This document shows positions 63,141 to 64,000 of a stretch of DNA of 64,000 bases, piece after piece. The notes beneath the pieces are model-generated. The model had not been told where the DNA came from and did not search any database. It saw nothing but the letters and a program-made list of their open reading frames with translations. A program made the translations under genes and the position numbers. Within the stretch, counting starts at the first letter, position 1; each line of letters begins with the position of its first letter. Source of the stretch: Azolla caroliniana (Eukaryota > Plantae > Polypodiophyta); contig JBHGNT010000001.1 in the NCBI GenBank assembly GCA_043228905.1, forward strand, positions 37,138,001-37,202,000, in the 5' to 3' direction.

Positions 63141-64000
63141 TAATATGTCAAACAACTACTTACCTTGTGTATGAATAAAATTCCTAGGAGCATGTTTTTG
63201 AGACACCACCCTTGTAGTAATAAATTTAGATACTCTATGATACATTGGATTTGTATTCTATTGTTAGTGCATACATACATGTAGAATGTAGTATCTAGTA
63301 AACTCTCCCCAATTATGAAGTGGTTGATTAATCGTTCTATTTTCATCCTCTATTTTGCTTAATATAATCTTGCCTTGTGTACACCTCTCTCTCTCACCCA
63401 CACACACACAATCCCTAGTTATCTATGTCGTGTAATAATTGATCCTTGGTAGAACTAAATCTCTAGTTTTACGTCTAGGTGCTATAAATTTGTATAGATA
63501 TGGTACAAATTATTAGGTTATTGGAGTTGTTTGGATACGTTTGTTGAAAATGAGGTGGGGACTATGTCCACTTTGGTGGGAAGGCCAGAGTGAGGGCTGG
63601 TGAGAAGAACTTTGGGTGTTCTATGATGTAATTTTGTTTGCTAACTAATGCAAAGTAGTGTTTTTTTGGAAAAAAAAAAATCTCTAGTTTTATACATGGC
63701 CTTATATATCATGGTGTATTATGAATTATAATAACACTTATAATTAATGGTTGTGCATTAGCTCACCTAGGAGTCCTAAAGGAGAATTCAGAAAGTTTAT
63801 AAAACGCATTAATTCAAATACAATGCGTCAAAAAGTATTGTTTTCAATTGCAATGGTTTTGGTTGTAATTAAGAAATCTATGGTATGTGAATAACCATGT
63901 GCTAGCATGAACCCAAAGAAACCACGTTGCGTACACAATCTATCTTGAAGAAGGAAGAATTTTCTTTTTAATCATTTGGATTTAAAACCATTCACTTTTA

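Overview
AT-rich, intron-containing land-plant genomic DNA, read by hand. Abundant (TC)n/(CA)n/(TA)n microsatellites and compact genes suggest a fern or other non-flowering vascular plant, but the sequence does not prove this. Five multi-exon genes are reconstructed with frame-consistent splice sites: AUGMIN subunit 5 (minus, 3' end runs off the window start), a full-length ABCC1/ABCC2-type (MRP) ABC transporter (minus, 28 exons, about 1612 aa, one GC-AG intron), RNA polymerase III subunit RPC7/C31 (minus, 8 exons), a TRICHOME BIREFRINGENCE-LIKE O-acetyltransferase (plus, 3 exons) and a membrane-anchored kelch-repeat protein (plus, 7 and possibly 9 exons). Intergenic and intronic DNA holds decayed mobile elements: a 1.85-kb solo LTR with a 105-bp tandem array, two Ty1/copia RT-RNase H remnants, several LINE remnants and a TIR-like repeat family. 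The most notable unexplained structure is a conserved LINE 3'-terminal stem-loop (AGGYCA-N3/4-TGRCCT) present about 10 times, in most cases next to a simple-repeat tail that differs between copies. One truncated copy is in frame with RPC7 exon 1. No CRISPR array, rRNA, tRNA or prokaryote-type system is supported, and I found nothing that qualifies as a new biological system beyond these mobile-element observations.
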